A stretch of DNA of 62,852 bases, filler included, from Octopus bimaculoides (GCF_001194135.2; 6 parts of 6 records of this genome joined end to end with filler, not necessarily neighbours in it), one strand, 5' to 3'; shown: positions 49,383 through 61,899, counted from the whole stretch's first letter. Translations and numbers: made by a program. Notes: generated from the sequence alone by a model not told the origin.

Positions 49383-49589
49383 TCTCTTTTTCCCCCTCGT
49401 ACTTCCTCTCTTTCTCTTTTCCTCTCGTTGCTCACCTATTCTTCTACTTCCTCCCTTTGTTTCTCCCTCTACCACTCTCTCTCTCTTCCCCTTACACGGT
49501 TAATAATCCTTTTCTTCCTTGGCTATCGCCGAGCAAACACGCGAACTACTTCGTCCGTTTCAAGTTCGTGCCTCACAGCGTTCATACAC

Positions 49590-49945
49590 ACATAATTTTT
49601 CTCGTCTGGCCGTATAGCCTTTTCTGTTTGTTTTCCTGTCTTGTTTTTTGTCCGCCACTACATTCCTCCATGGCAAGATTTAATTTGTGTATACAAATTT
49701 AATTTGCGGTCCATGGGAAGATCCGTTTTAACGATGCGTCCTGCCCAGCTCTTCGAAACGCCGGTGTTAAAACGGGGGTAGCTGATGAAGTAGAATGTCC
49801 TCTATGTGGCTTGCGTGTTTTCTCGTCTACATTTTGTTTGCAATGTCCTGTACCCAGATATGCACCTATACATACAGGTGGATGTCGGTACGCACATACC
49901 TGTACGTATATATGCATATACTCATTTACTATTTGTTTATATATA
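49590..49945 (+). mobile_element. PLE-like terminal repeat (family P), ends in (TA)n
   Basis: Longest copy of the repeat also seen at 13372; carries the permuted hammerhead motif. Confidence 0.72.
49723..49795 (+). ncRNA. Candidate non-circularly permuted hammerhead ribozyme, copy 1
   Basis: GCGT(49736-39) C(49740) CTGCCC(49741-46) ag ctcttc GAA(49755-57) ACGC(49758-61) ... GGGTAG(49776-81) CTGATGA(49782-88) A GTAGA. All core nucleotides, stems I and III, and a 4-of-5-bp stem II are present in non-canonical strand order. Confidence 0.68.
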
Positions 49946-52501
49946 TATACACTGAGATTCTTTTATATTTATTTCGTCTATTAAATCCACTCATAAAACT
50001 TTGGTCGCCACGGACAGTCAAACTGAACCCAGACTAAATGGTCGGGAGGTCCACTTCTCGGCAACCAGTCTTAGTTTGATTAAGTATCAGTAACATAGAG
50101 GTTCAACCAAAGATTAGATAGAGTCACTTTTATAACAGATTTTAAAAATTTATCTTGGGTATCGATTTTGTTGAAAGGTGATGCCGTTGCATGGCGGTAA
50201 GTCTAATGATTGTAACAAGAAAAGGTTAAAATAAAATAAACAAAAGAAGGATTTTTTAACGCACTTTTTTCCTCGCAAAAATAGAAATAAACTTTAGTGG
50301 GTGGGTAAATTACAATAGTAGATCGTTTCCAAAATTTTTTTGAAATTTTTTGGTTGAAAAAAAGACGTACAAAACGTAAATATTCGTACCAGAAGTTGAC
50401 TCATTTAATGTCAGAATAGGTTTTTACAGAAAAATAGTGGCTTAAATATACATAATGAAGATGACTTTTATTTATGCTGGACGATATAATGCTTACTTTT
50501 TATGTATAAATTTTCTAAAACCATTAAATAGTTAGCTAGTTTTTGAAGTCTAACGTTCATGCTGGTAAACACGGTCCGGGCTATATTTTACATTACTTGG
50601 AGTTTCTACTTATCGCAATGGAGCACATATTTAATTTCTCCTTTACAGTAAACGATTCATAAGTTCTGCTCCTACTAACAATAACGGTAATGATAAATTT
50701 TTAAGTTTGCTTGACATTTTATAAGTGTGAAAGGGATTAAAATTTCGATATTCCGTATCAAAGGTTCCAAGAATAAAAGGAAAAGAATTCTGTTTACATA
50801 ATCAGTTTGATCGGTCACTTTCCTCTGTCGGTTGAGTAAAGTGTTTTCCAAGCTGATGTTTATTAGTATATTTAAACTTAATTTGGTATATTTAAACTTA
50901 TTTATCAGCTTTGTTTTTGTTGATAAGAATTATCAACTTTTCCTGTGAACGTGATTTGAGAAGACATACAGAAGTATGCTAAAGATCGGACATAATCTCT
51001 TGTGGGCAAGAAATGTAGAATAAAGTTTATGATAAACAACACAAACACTTTGTAATTTAATAGCTTTTAATTTGATACCTGTTAAACAGAAATTATTTTT
51101 ATTTAATGAAAGTTTAATAAAATCTAATCTTAAGTGAAATTACGCTAAATACAACTAAATTGGAAACCTTTTTCCTCAGGCTTCGGCAATTCTGAAAAAT
51201 TCTATCCTGAAAATCACTTGCGTAAATTACACAGGTGCGCAAATTACATGGGTTTTACGGTATATTTTGAGAGGGCAACGAAATGATTAAGTCATTAGAA
51301 TGTTGGATAGAATACCTCGAGGTGTTTCTTCTGAGCTTCTGTGCTTTGATTAGAAATGGTGTCGAGGTTAACATGGTCTTGCGTCTTTTGGGAATCGATG
51401 AAATAAAAAGTGCTTATCCAAGGCGCTGACTTGGCGAAATTGTTAGAGCGTCGGACGATATATCTTGCAGGCTCTAACCCGACCTTCTGAGTTCTAACAA
51501 CAACAACCCACCCCCAACCCCACGACGACTCCAGTGCCAAGCAGCGCCACACCTCAAGCGACTAGATCGGTAACACGAAGAGTGGAAGACTTGTATGCAT
51601 ATGCGTTTATCTGTCTTCCTCAAAATAAATCGTTCACGTCTGGACATACAGATGCAGACAGATTGCCAATCCTGACCGATACAGGTTCCACTGCTTCAGA
51701 ACTAATTAATTGGCTGATTGATTCATCGATTGATTGATTGATTAATTAGTTAATTAACTAATTAATTGATTGATTAATTACTTACATCGAACATCCTCCC
51801 TTCACCATTATGTCAAAGATTGATCAGAAGAGACGGTGCAACGCCCATGACTTCTTCGTTTTTTTCCAGGTCCGCCTATATGCTGAGGACAAGTGTTGTG
51901 AAAGAAATAGCAACTCATAGGTTACCAGAGATCTGGTTCGAATTCTTACAAGAGTCTGGACTCTACTAAAAGCCTCCGAACGGCCCAGCCGATGATTTTA
52001 AACCGGGAGATTGGGTTAAGTCAATAAACGAATAATAGGTATGGTCTCTCTGACGGGCTTCCCCACTGGATCTATCTACGAAATTTCTGTCTCAGGACTT
52101 TGCTCTTCTTCAAGCTATGGCAGAAGTCATTCATTCCATATACTGTGCGGCAGAATCAAACCCGAAACCATATGTCTTGCAAAGAGAACTTCTTTGCTAC
52201 AAAGCCTATGTTTGTGGCCAATTATCAAACGGAGTATTGAAAAAAGCATTTTCACTGCATTCGTTGGTTATTCCATATGTTGGATGGAGAGATAAATGAC
52301 TGTGGGTATCATCATCAGCATCATCATCATTATCATCATCATCATAACCATCAATACCCCCACCACCATCATCATCATCACCATTATCACCACATCCATT
52401 ATTATCATTATCGTCGTCATTAATTGAATATAAATTTGTATTCTAATGCAAAATATGTTTGCATATGTACGTATATGTATGTATGCATGTGTGTGTGAGT
52501 A

Positions 52502-52749
52502 TTATTTGCTTCAGTCTTAAGCTGCGGCCATACTGGGGCACCGCTTTGAAGGGCTTTTAGTCGGACAAATCAACTCCAGTGTTTATTTTCAGTCTGGTAT
52601 TATTTTATCAGTCATTTTGCTGAACTGCAAAGTTATGTAGACTTAAAGAAATCAACACTGGTTGTCAAGTGATGAAGAGTGACACACACAGGCTCAAACA
52701 CACACATACATGCGCATATATATACATATATAGAGAGAGAGGGAGAAAG

Positions 52750-52816
<67 letters not shown>

Positions 52817-52817
52817 C

Positions 52818-52854
<37 letters not shown>

Positions 52855-53019
52855 CGATGAGCTTCTTTCCATTTTCCGTCTACCAAATCCGGTCACAAGA
52901 GTTAGGCTGGCATGGTACTATAGAGGAATACACTCTCCTAGGGAGTGTGTAGTGGGACTGAACACAATACCACATGCTTGGGAAGCAAGCTTCTTGTTCC
53001 ACAGCCACGCAGCCGCACC
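52502..53019 (-). mobile_element. SINE family A, diverged, with expanded internal (GATA)n
   Basis: Tail at 52502, head at 53019; (GATA)n at ~52750-52855 replaces the usual middle microsatellite. Confidence 0.8.
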
Positions 53020-53036
53020 GGTGTGTATGTCCGTGA

Positions 53037-53105
<69 letters not shown>

Positions 53106-54420
53106 TGGGAATATGTGTATATGCATGTGTGTGTGTGTGTGTGTGTGTGTGTAACTAGTTGTTTGTGGTATTGTTTAGCCCTGTGTAAGCAATAACAGTC
53201 GTTCCATTTCTGTGTTATCTTTTTTATCTGCCGAGCTATATTGCCCAGTTTAGCCCTAGGTTTTAGAATTTCAGAGCAATTTGATTTGATAGCCAGTTCT
53301 AGTAAATCGAGATTCCCTCACTTTGGCTGGCTTGCTCCTCTGGTCGAATATAAATCCTTCCATGCGGCACAAGTAGATGTAGGAAAATTATTAGCTATAT
53401 AATATTTTTTTTTTTTTAATGTTGCTGCAGTTTATCAGTTTGGCAACGGATTTTTTTTATATATATAATATCCCAATAGCTTTCTTTCATATTATTTGAT
53501 AAACGATAATTTGAACCGTTCCCCATATTTCAGATGAAATCCACTCGTATTAGATGGTTCCCTTTTTTTTCTTAAATCATTTTTATCGTTATGATTATGT
53601 TATTACGATCTTTATGTTACTCAACTCACCATTCATTTATTTTATTTATTTATTTTAATGTTTTATTGAATGTTAATTAGTTCTAGATGCGGCGCGTGTT
53701 ATCTGTGTTTCGATGATAATTGGCTGGAGATCTGGCAACAGCTATCGGCATATTTATTTTGGCATGTTTTCTATGAATGTATTGATTTTCTTTGGCCAAA
53801 CGCGAGGCCAATACTTTGTATATGGAGAGCTAGAACCGATAAAATCTCTCACCAAATATATCTGGTACATAACAAACTTCTCGAATAATAAGACAGAAAA
53901 TAATATCCTGGTGAAATTTGAACTCAGAAGCTATGCTTCATGCTTATGCCCTCTGTCTGTCTCTTATCTCTTAGATCAGATGTTTTATGTCAGAGCGTAC
54001 AATCGCGATGTACCCCAGTTCGTTTTTGTTTTTTACTTATATTCTCCTCCAATAAATCAACGATATAGTTTTTACCACATCCAATAACGTCAATTCCTAC
54101 TCAGATGATACCATCACTCACTGCTCTGTAACCTTTCGTACTCAGACATAATTCACGTTTAACTTAGACTCTTCATACCAGACTTCTAATGATTCCAGTA
54201 ACAGGGGTCTCAAAGACACATCCAGATTGTCTTTTTCAAAAAGTCAAAGACACAAACGCTATACATATCATGGAAACAACACTGTAGTCAGCCTTAATAA
54301 CACGCAGCTAAACCAATCAAAGTTGTTACAGTTGCTAGGTATCCCTATCACTAAGGATCTCCTAGACTGACGTCCTTCCTCAGAGCCCCCAAATACTTCA
54401 ACTCCCAACGTTTACAAAAC

Positions 54421-54748
54421 CGTAACTGTATGGTAAGAATCTTGCTTCCCAGCCACATGGTGCCGGGTTCAGTCCTACTGCGTGACACCTTGAGCAAGTG
54501 TCTTCTTCTACATTCTCGGGCCGACCAAATCCTTCTAAGTAGATTTGGTAGACGGAAATTGAAAAGAAGCCCGTCGCATATGAGTGTGTATATGTTTCCC
54601 TCCCTATCGGTCTCTTTTGCCAAAGAGACCGATGGAATAAGTACGAAGCTTAAAAGAATAAGAACTGGGGTCAGTTCGATTGACTAAAACATCTTCAAGA
54701 TAATGCCCCTGCATGGCCGCAGTCAAATGACTAAGACAAGTAAGGGAT
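54421..54748 (+). mobile_element. SINE family A with internal deletion replaced by short inverted duplication
   Basis: ATCGGTCTCTTT-tgcc-AAAGAGACCGAT hairpin (54606-54633) where the 'ccatcgcttgacaacc..ttagcggttcg' segment normally lies. Confidence 0.82.
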
Positions 54749-54771
54749 GACAAGTGGTGGTGTTGATGGTT

Positions 54772-55100
54772 CTGCATGGCTCAGTGCTTAGAGCGTCGAG
54801 CTTACGATCGTGAGGTTGTGAGTTCAATTCCCGGACCGGGGTGCTTGTTGTGTTCTTGAGCAAGACACTTTATTTCACGTTCTTCCAGTTCACTCAGCTG
54901 TAGAAATGAGTTGCGACGTCAATGGTGCCAAGCTGTATCGGCCTTTGCCTTTCCTTTGGATAACATGTTGGTGTGGAGAAGAGAGGCCAGTATGCATGGG
55001 CGACTGCTGGCCTTCCATAAACAACCTTGCCCGGACTTGTGCCTCGGAGGGTAACTTTCTAGGTGCAATCTTATGGTCATTCATGACCGAAGGGGGTCTC
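54772..55100 (+). mobile_element. tRNA-derived CORE-type SINE with distinct 3' tail
   Basis: A box TGGCTCAGTGC, B box GTTCAATTCC; 'ttcttgagcaagacactttatttcac..ccagttcactcagctg' CORE-like domain. Confidence 0.82.
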
Positions 55101-55206
55101 CTCACCTAGGTCTATTCCCCATTTTTTTAGGAGGGGGTAGCTACAACAAGACACATACCAGGCATTCCATTCATTTCCCAGCTCAAAGAGGTGAGCCCCG
55201 TCTTAA

Positions 55207-55497
55207 AGTAGGGCGTGCGTTAGGGTGGGTAGTGAAGTAAGTGAGTGGTTTGATGTTAAAGTGGGGTTAAGACAGGGTTGTGTAATGTCTCCGTGGCTGT
55301 TTAATCTATATATGGATGGTGTGGTGAGAGTTAAATGCTAGAACCTTTGGTAGGGGAGCCCAAATGGGATGGATGGTAGGATGGATGTGAATATAAATAG
55401 TGAAATGTTAGAGGAGTTGAGTGTTTTTAAGTACCTGGGATCACATGTTACGGCGGATGAGGGTGGGTTGGCTGAGGAAGTGGGATATCGAATAGGT
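55207..55497 (+). mobile_element. RTE-clade RT fragment, internally deleted
   Basis: SRACVRVGSEVSEWFDVKVGLRQGCVMSPWLFNLYMDGVVR (55207-55329), frameshift, then MDVNINSEMLEELSVFKYLGSHV; YADD segment missing. Confidence 0.88.
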
Positions 55498-55604
55498 ACC
55501 AAACTTAAAAACAAGTACTGGAGTCGATCTATTTGACAAAAGCCCTTTGAGGCGGTGCCCCAACATGGCTGCAGTCCAGTGGCTGAAACAAGTAAAAGAT
55601 AAAA
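55498..55604 (+). mobile_element. SINE family A 3' tip
   Basis: 'aagtactggagtcgat..gcggtgccccaacatggctgcagtc..gaaacaagtaaaagat'. Confidence 0.75.
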
Positions 55605-55672
55605 CTAATTGTCACATGTTGTCACTTACTAACTCACTTTAGCATCGACTCGGCAAGCGCGCTTGTCTCTTC

Positions 55673-55703
<31 letters not shown>

Positions 55704-55808
55704 TACTCCTCTTCCTACTCCTCCTCCTCCTCCTCTCCTCCTCCTCTTCCCCCTCTTTCTCCTCCTCCTCCTCTACAGCTTCTACTCTGGCTTCTACTCC
55801 TCAGTGTC

Positions 55809-55908
55809 NNNNNNNNNNNNNNNNNNNNNNNNNNNNNNNNNNNNNNNNNNNNTTAATTAATTAANNNNNNNNNNNNNNNNNNNNNNNNNNNNNNNNNNNN
55901 NNNNNNNN
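55809..55908. other. Assembly join linker
   Basis: 44 N + TTAATTAATTAA (55853-55864) + 44 N. Confidence 0.95.
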
Positions 55909-56639
55909 TCATCATCAACACCCCCTCATAAGCTAATCCCACCACACCCCACCACACTCCTACTCTACCTTCCCACTCCACCCCATCCAATTCCTTACAC
56001 CCACCACCCACCCCTAACCACAGACCCCTACCTCTATCCCACCCTCAGCCTAACCTACAATCCACCCATGCCTTCCCCACCTCCCAACACCCTCACATCA
56101 CACCACACCAATACCCTCGCATCACACCACGCACACACTACAACTGACCAACTGTTTTCTCCCTTCCCCATTTTCACACTACATACGTCAAGATCACCAG
56201 CATTCTATCTCCCACACACAGCCACTCGTTCTTCGATCACCGTTTGTTATCTCCCCCTTTTCTTAGCTNNNNNNNNNNNNNNNNNNNNNNNNNNNNNNNN
56301 NNNNNNNNNNNNNNNNNNNNNNNNNNNNNNNNNNNNNNNNNNNNNNNNNNNNNNNNNNNNNNNNNNNNNNNNNNNNNNNNNNNNNNNNNNNNNNNNNNNN
56401 NNNNNNNNNNNNNNNNNNNNNNNNNNNNNNNNNNNNNNNNNNNNNNNNNNNNNNNNNNNNNNNNNNNNNNNNNNNNNNNNNNNNNNNNNNNNNNNNNNNN
56501 NNNNNNNNNNNNNNNNNNNNNNNNNNNNNNNNNNNNNNNNNNNNNNNNNNNNNNNNNNNNNNNNNNNNNNNNNNNNNNNNNNNNNNNNNNNNNNNNNNNN
56601 NNNNNNNNNNNNNNNNNNNNNNNNNNNNNNNNNNNNNNN

Positions 56640-56697
<58 letters not shown>

Positions 56698-57247
56698 ACT
56701 TATGTCTTCATGAGTAGTTTATACATTTTTTATAATGCAAAAATATATTCTGTGATTCCTTTTTTCACCGTTTATCCGCCATTTGGTTTTGTGATTCTCC
56801 ATTCGTCTCGTTATTGCTTCATAAAAATACGGTGTATATGATAATAAATCTCACTACCATCCCTACTACCCCCACTCTGAGCTCTAAAACATGTATGCAT
56901 GTAGAAACACACGCACACATGCATAAACACACGCACGCACATACCCACACACATACACACACACACACACATTTAAATATCTATATGTATGCGTGTGCAT
57001 TTCTTCAATATATACATATATATATAGATGGTAGTGTTTGCAAGGACGCACACATTTACTTGTATATAACGTGTGCGCTCGCGTATCAGCGTGTATTTTT
57101 TGTCCATATCTTATATATTATTATATATGTGGGCAATGAGTTAATATATAGATACATAAACCCGGATAGTCAGCGACTTACAACCATACATACATGATTA
57201 CATGCATAAGTAAATTTATAATACATCAAATATTCAGACACACACAC

Positions 57248-57307
<60 letters not shown>

Positions 57308-57313
57308 ACACAC

Positions 57314-57351
<38 letters not shown>

Positions 57352-57716
57352 CTAGGTAGATAAATAAAGTGGCACAAAAGTGACACATATATTACCATTT
57401 AGATAAACGAACTGTGCCAAATATAATATTTTTATATGTACTCGTATGTTTTTAGGAACATTACCTTGATATTAGGGAAAATACACACATGCACGTATAT
57501 ATGGATATACACACTTACGTATACATACATATATATGTATACATACATACATGCATACATACATATATATATATATTTACATATATCTATGTGAAAAATA
57601 AAAAAAATTATATACATATATATGCACACATATAGGTAAGTTTCAGTTATAAAACATTATCCACGTTGACATACCTATGCATATACAGAGGGTTCCATAC
57701 GTTTATATATGCATAT

Positions 57717-57770
<54 letters not shown>

Positions 57771-57899
57771 GTGTGTATGTATGTATAGATAGATATACAT
57801 TTCTGTACATAGGTGTGTGTGTCTATGTGTGTATGTATGAATATGTATTTATTTGTATGTATATTTATGTTTTATATGTGTGCGTATTCTTTTTTCTAT

Positions 57900-58275
57900 T
57901 ATTCTTTTACTTGTTTCAGTTATTTGAGTGCGGCCATGCTAGAGCACCACCTTTAGTCGAACTAATCGACCCCCCACCCAGGACTTATTCTTTGCAAGCC
58001 TAGTACTTATTCTATCAGACTATTTTGCTGAACTGCTAAGTTACAGGGATGTAAATACACCAACATCGATTGTCAAGTGATTGTAGGGGGACAAACAGCG
58101 CACAAATATATACATATGTATATAGGATAGGCTTCTCTCAGTTTCCGTCTACCAAATCCTCTCACAAAGCTTTGGTCCGAGGCTATAGTAGAAGACACCT
58201 GGCCAAGGCTTCACGTAGAGGGACTGAACCCAGAACCGTGTGGTTGGGAAGCAAGCTTCTTAACACACAGCCACC
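57900..58275 (-). mobile_element. SINE family A, full length
   Basis: Reverse complement of the 44514 copy type. Confidence 0.87.
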
Positions 58276-58901
58276 ACTATGTATTTATACCCATGTTCAC
58301 AGCACTTGAAGAAATTGTCAATAAATGGAATCATATTGCTTAAAACAGCCCCATAATTGTGAAGAGGTCGTTTGTTGAGCTACTGTTTCTCAATGACCCT
58401 ATCATCTTAATATGCTTTATATTTAATGTTTTTTATGTACACATACACACGTAAGAACACGTAGATCGCAAATATCAAATAGGCATTCTCTCCTCCGATG
58501 AGTAAAGAAACAAGATGGCGCAACATCATCCCGATAACCCTGCCCTTCCTTTATGCGCCCTCTTTAGTCTCTCCCTCCCTCTCTCTCTCTCGCGCGCTTT
58601 CTCACTCACACACTCTCCCAGTATATCACTTAACACTTTATGCATTTTTAAAATATCTTTAGTATCTAGTCAATCAACCGGATCCCTGTAATAGAGGTAA
58701 AATAATGGTGAGAATTTATAAATCGAGCATACAACACATATAGACCTACATATATACATTCAGACATACACATATACATTCAGATATACATTCAGACATA
58801 CACATATACGATATATATGTATACATTTAAGTGTGTAAACATATATATATACATATACATTGTATACATTTATGTGTGTATTATCTCTCTCTCTCTCTCT
58901 T

Positions 58902-58950
<49 letters not shown>

Positions 58951-59643
58951 NNNNNNNNNNNNNNNNNNNNNNNNNNNNNNNNNNNNNNNNNNNNNNNNNN
59001 NNNNNNNNNNNNNNNNNNNNNNNNNNNNNNNNNNNNNNNNNNNNNNNNNNNNNNNNNNNNNNNNNNNNNNNNNNNNNNNNNNNNNNNNNNNNNNNNNNNN
59101 NNNNNNNNNNNNNNNNNNNNNNNNNNNNNNNNNNNNNNNNNNNNNNNNNNNNNNNNNNNNNNNNNNNNNNNNNNNNNNTATATATATATATTTATATATA
59201 TTTATATATATAAAACGTGTGTATTATTTTTTTGTGCTATAACATAAACGTACTCATTACAGGATTGAAAAAAAGTGTTTAGTATTTTATATGTATTTGT
59301 AGTGGGAACTAGTGTAGGAATGTAGAAGTAGTCCTTGGACTTCTTATGTATACATACAAACATATTTTATAAGCATACACACATACACACACAAATACAT
59401 ACATATACTCTCTCTCCCCTTTTCTCTCTCTCTCTCTCGTTGTTACTATCTCTCCCTATTACGCACGCACACGCTTATACAAGCATGATTTTTACTGAAC
59501 TTTATGGATGAATTACGAGCCTGTATGTCCTCGTTAAGAATTGATATATGGTCATTGCAGTAGTGAACAGTTTGCAAATGGCTGTTAGAAAAAGAGGAGA
59601 AGGGAAAGAAAAATATTAGAAAAATATACCATAGAAATAAATA

Positions 59644-59679
<36 letters not shown>

Positions 59680-59680
<1 letters not shown>

Positions 59681-59853
59681 TTTATTTAAAAGCAGCAGAA
59701 ATATAACAACAGAACCGTTACTCTGAGAAACGGTTTTTTTTTTTTGTTATATTTCTGCTGCTTTTAAATAAAGCATATTACTCTACCTCTGGTATTTGAG
59801 TACTCTTTTTTCCACCTTGTTGCACATTTCATGTGCTTACTCCGGTATATATA
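59680..59853. repeat. Perfect 30-bp-arm hairpin plus adjacent repeat, set between (TA)n tracts
   Basis: 59680-59709 is the exact reverse complement of 59744-59773; inner AACCGTT/AACGGTT stem. Confidence 0.85.
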
Positions 59854-59953
59854 NNNNNNNNNNNNNNNNNNNNNNNNNNNNNNNNNNNNNNNNNNNNTTA
59901 ATTAATTAANNNNNNNNNNNNNNNNNNNNNNNNNNNNNNNNNNNNNNNNNNNN
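59854..59953. other. Assembly join linker
   Basis: 44 N + TTAATTAATTAA (59898-59909) + 44 N. Confidence 0.95.
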
Positions 59954-60299
59954 ACAGGCAGAGAGATAGATAGACAGGTAGATAGATTGATAGACAGGTA
60001 GATAGAGGGCGAAATGGATAGAGGGACAGATATACAGACATACTGACAGAGGGTTAGATAGATAGGTAGATAGATGAAGGCAAAAAAGGAGGTAGGTGGG
60101 TAGATAGATACATAGGTGGGTAGATAGATAGGTAGGTAGGTAGGTATACTAAATCATTTAGGCAAGCTTTATTTTGAATTAAAAACTAAAATTTAGATTT
60201 AATTATCAAAAGAAAAACTCAAAATTTGCATTGTAAAAAAAATTTTTTTTTTTATTTCTTTGTTCTAAATCACCCAAAAAAGTATGAAATGAAGTTGTG

Positions 60300-60520
60300 T
60301 ATTATGTAGCCCTAGGTCAGTCCTATGAACAACAACTTGACCATGTCTGATCCTGTTTTTAGGGATAGAAGGGTCCGTTTTTACGTTAATGTGTCCACTG
60401 CGGGTTTTTTTTTTGTTTTTTTTGCATTTGTTTTCAAAGTTTGAGATGGTAAGTTGGTGTAATTTGAGGGAGATATGACTGTTGTTTCTAGTAGGCTTGA
60501 CGACCTTGGTTGGGCTTTCA
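60300..60520. repeat. Interspersed repeat family F, diverged
   Basis: 'tagccctaggtcagtcct...gtaatttgagggagatatgactgttgtttctagtagg'. Confidence 0.55.
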
Positions 60521-60627
60521 TGTTTGTGTGTGTGTATTTGTCTGTGTACATGGTCACTCTTTGCATATAGGCATTTGTGTAGGTAATGTGTGTGTACATA
60601 TAAAACCTACTTGTGTGTATGTGTATG

Positions 60628-60667
<40 letters not shown>

Positions 60668-60875
60668 TATATACACACATATACACAATGTGTATATGTA
60701 CACAAACACATACATATAACATATGCATGTTCATATATTATACATGAATATATGACTGCATGTATATATATATATATATACTATGTTTTTTTTTACCTGT
60801 ACAAGTATACCTTGGTTACATATAGTATAAGTAAATACAAAATGCTGGGATTGCAAATATATATGTATATATATT

Positions 60876-60906
<31 letters not shown>

Positions 60907-61113
60907 TATTTGGTTTGTGTGTGTATGTATAATTTATATATACCCATTATTTGTATGCAGTGTTAATGGTAATACAAAATCTAACCGAAAAAAGGCTTAT
61001 GTGTTAGGCAAGCAATATGTTCTCAGACATTCAGTAAAAATAAAAAAAAACAACCCCATACACATATATGTATGTGTGAGTCTGCTGTGAGTGGGTCTAC
61101 ATGTAATACATAC

Positions 61114-61173
<60 letters not shown>

Positions 61174-61650
61174 TTGTATGCATGTGTACATATGCATTAT
61201 ATAGAGGTGTGCACGACATACACACATATATTGTATGCATTTGTACATATATAATACATAATACACGTGTGTGCACACTAATATATATATATTGCATATA
61301 TAATGTATCATATATACATATATATATGTACGTGTGTGTGTGTGTGTGTTTATATATATATATATATATATATATATGAATATATAGTTTTAAGGAAAAT
61401 AACCAAGGTTCATGAACTCATTCATGAACTCAATTAATTTGAGTTTTCACCTGTAAATTTTGATTTTCATCCCTAATAATATCATCATGTATATATTTGC
61501 ATTTATGCATGTGAATATATTTATCTATTTACACACACACATATATATATATATGTACATATGTATATATACATATACACAGACATATATATGTACATAT
61601 GTATATATACATATACACAGACATATGCATATCTACATATGCACATATAT

Positions 61651-61692
61651 ATCATCATCATCGTTTAACGTCTGCTTTCCATGCTAGCATGG
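61651..61692 (-). mobile_element. Family C tail, cut by join
   Basis: 'atcatcatcatcgtttaacgtctgctttccatgctagcatgg'. Confidence 0.8.
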
Positions 61693-61792
61693 NNNNNNNN
61701 NNNNNNNNNNNNNNNNNNNNNNNNNNNNNNNNNNNNTTAATTAATTAANNNNNNNNNNNNNNNNNNNNNNNNNNNNNNNNNNNNNNNNNNNN
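61693..61792. other. Assembly join linker
   Basis: 44 N + TTAATTAATTAA (61737-61748) + 44 N. Confidence 0.95.
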
Positions 61793-61899
61793 TCTCATAT
61801 ATATATGTATGTATTTATGTATGTATGTATTAACATGTGAAACGGTCAATCTTGATACAGTTTTTCTCTCTCCATTTTCTGTTTTCTTATCCCCCGCCC

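Noticed and set aside
49723-49795. Reading the motif as a standard type II hammerhead (cleavage at GUU 49766-49768) or as an HDV-like ribozyme on the opposite strand
   Set aside because: Type II needs a stem I hairpin between the site and CUGAUGA, which cannot form; the HDV-like mapping lacks a convincing P3/P1.1/J4-2.
51850-51960. 'VRLYAED' as an RT YADD motif or an exon after a ttttccag acceptor
   Set aside because: Too short and interrupted by a stop to support either call.
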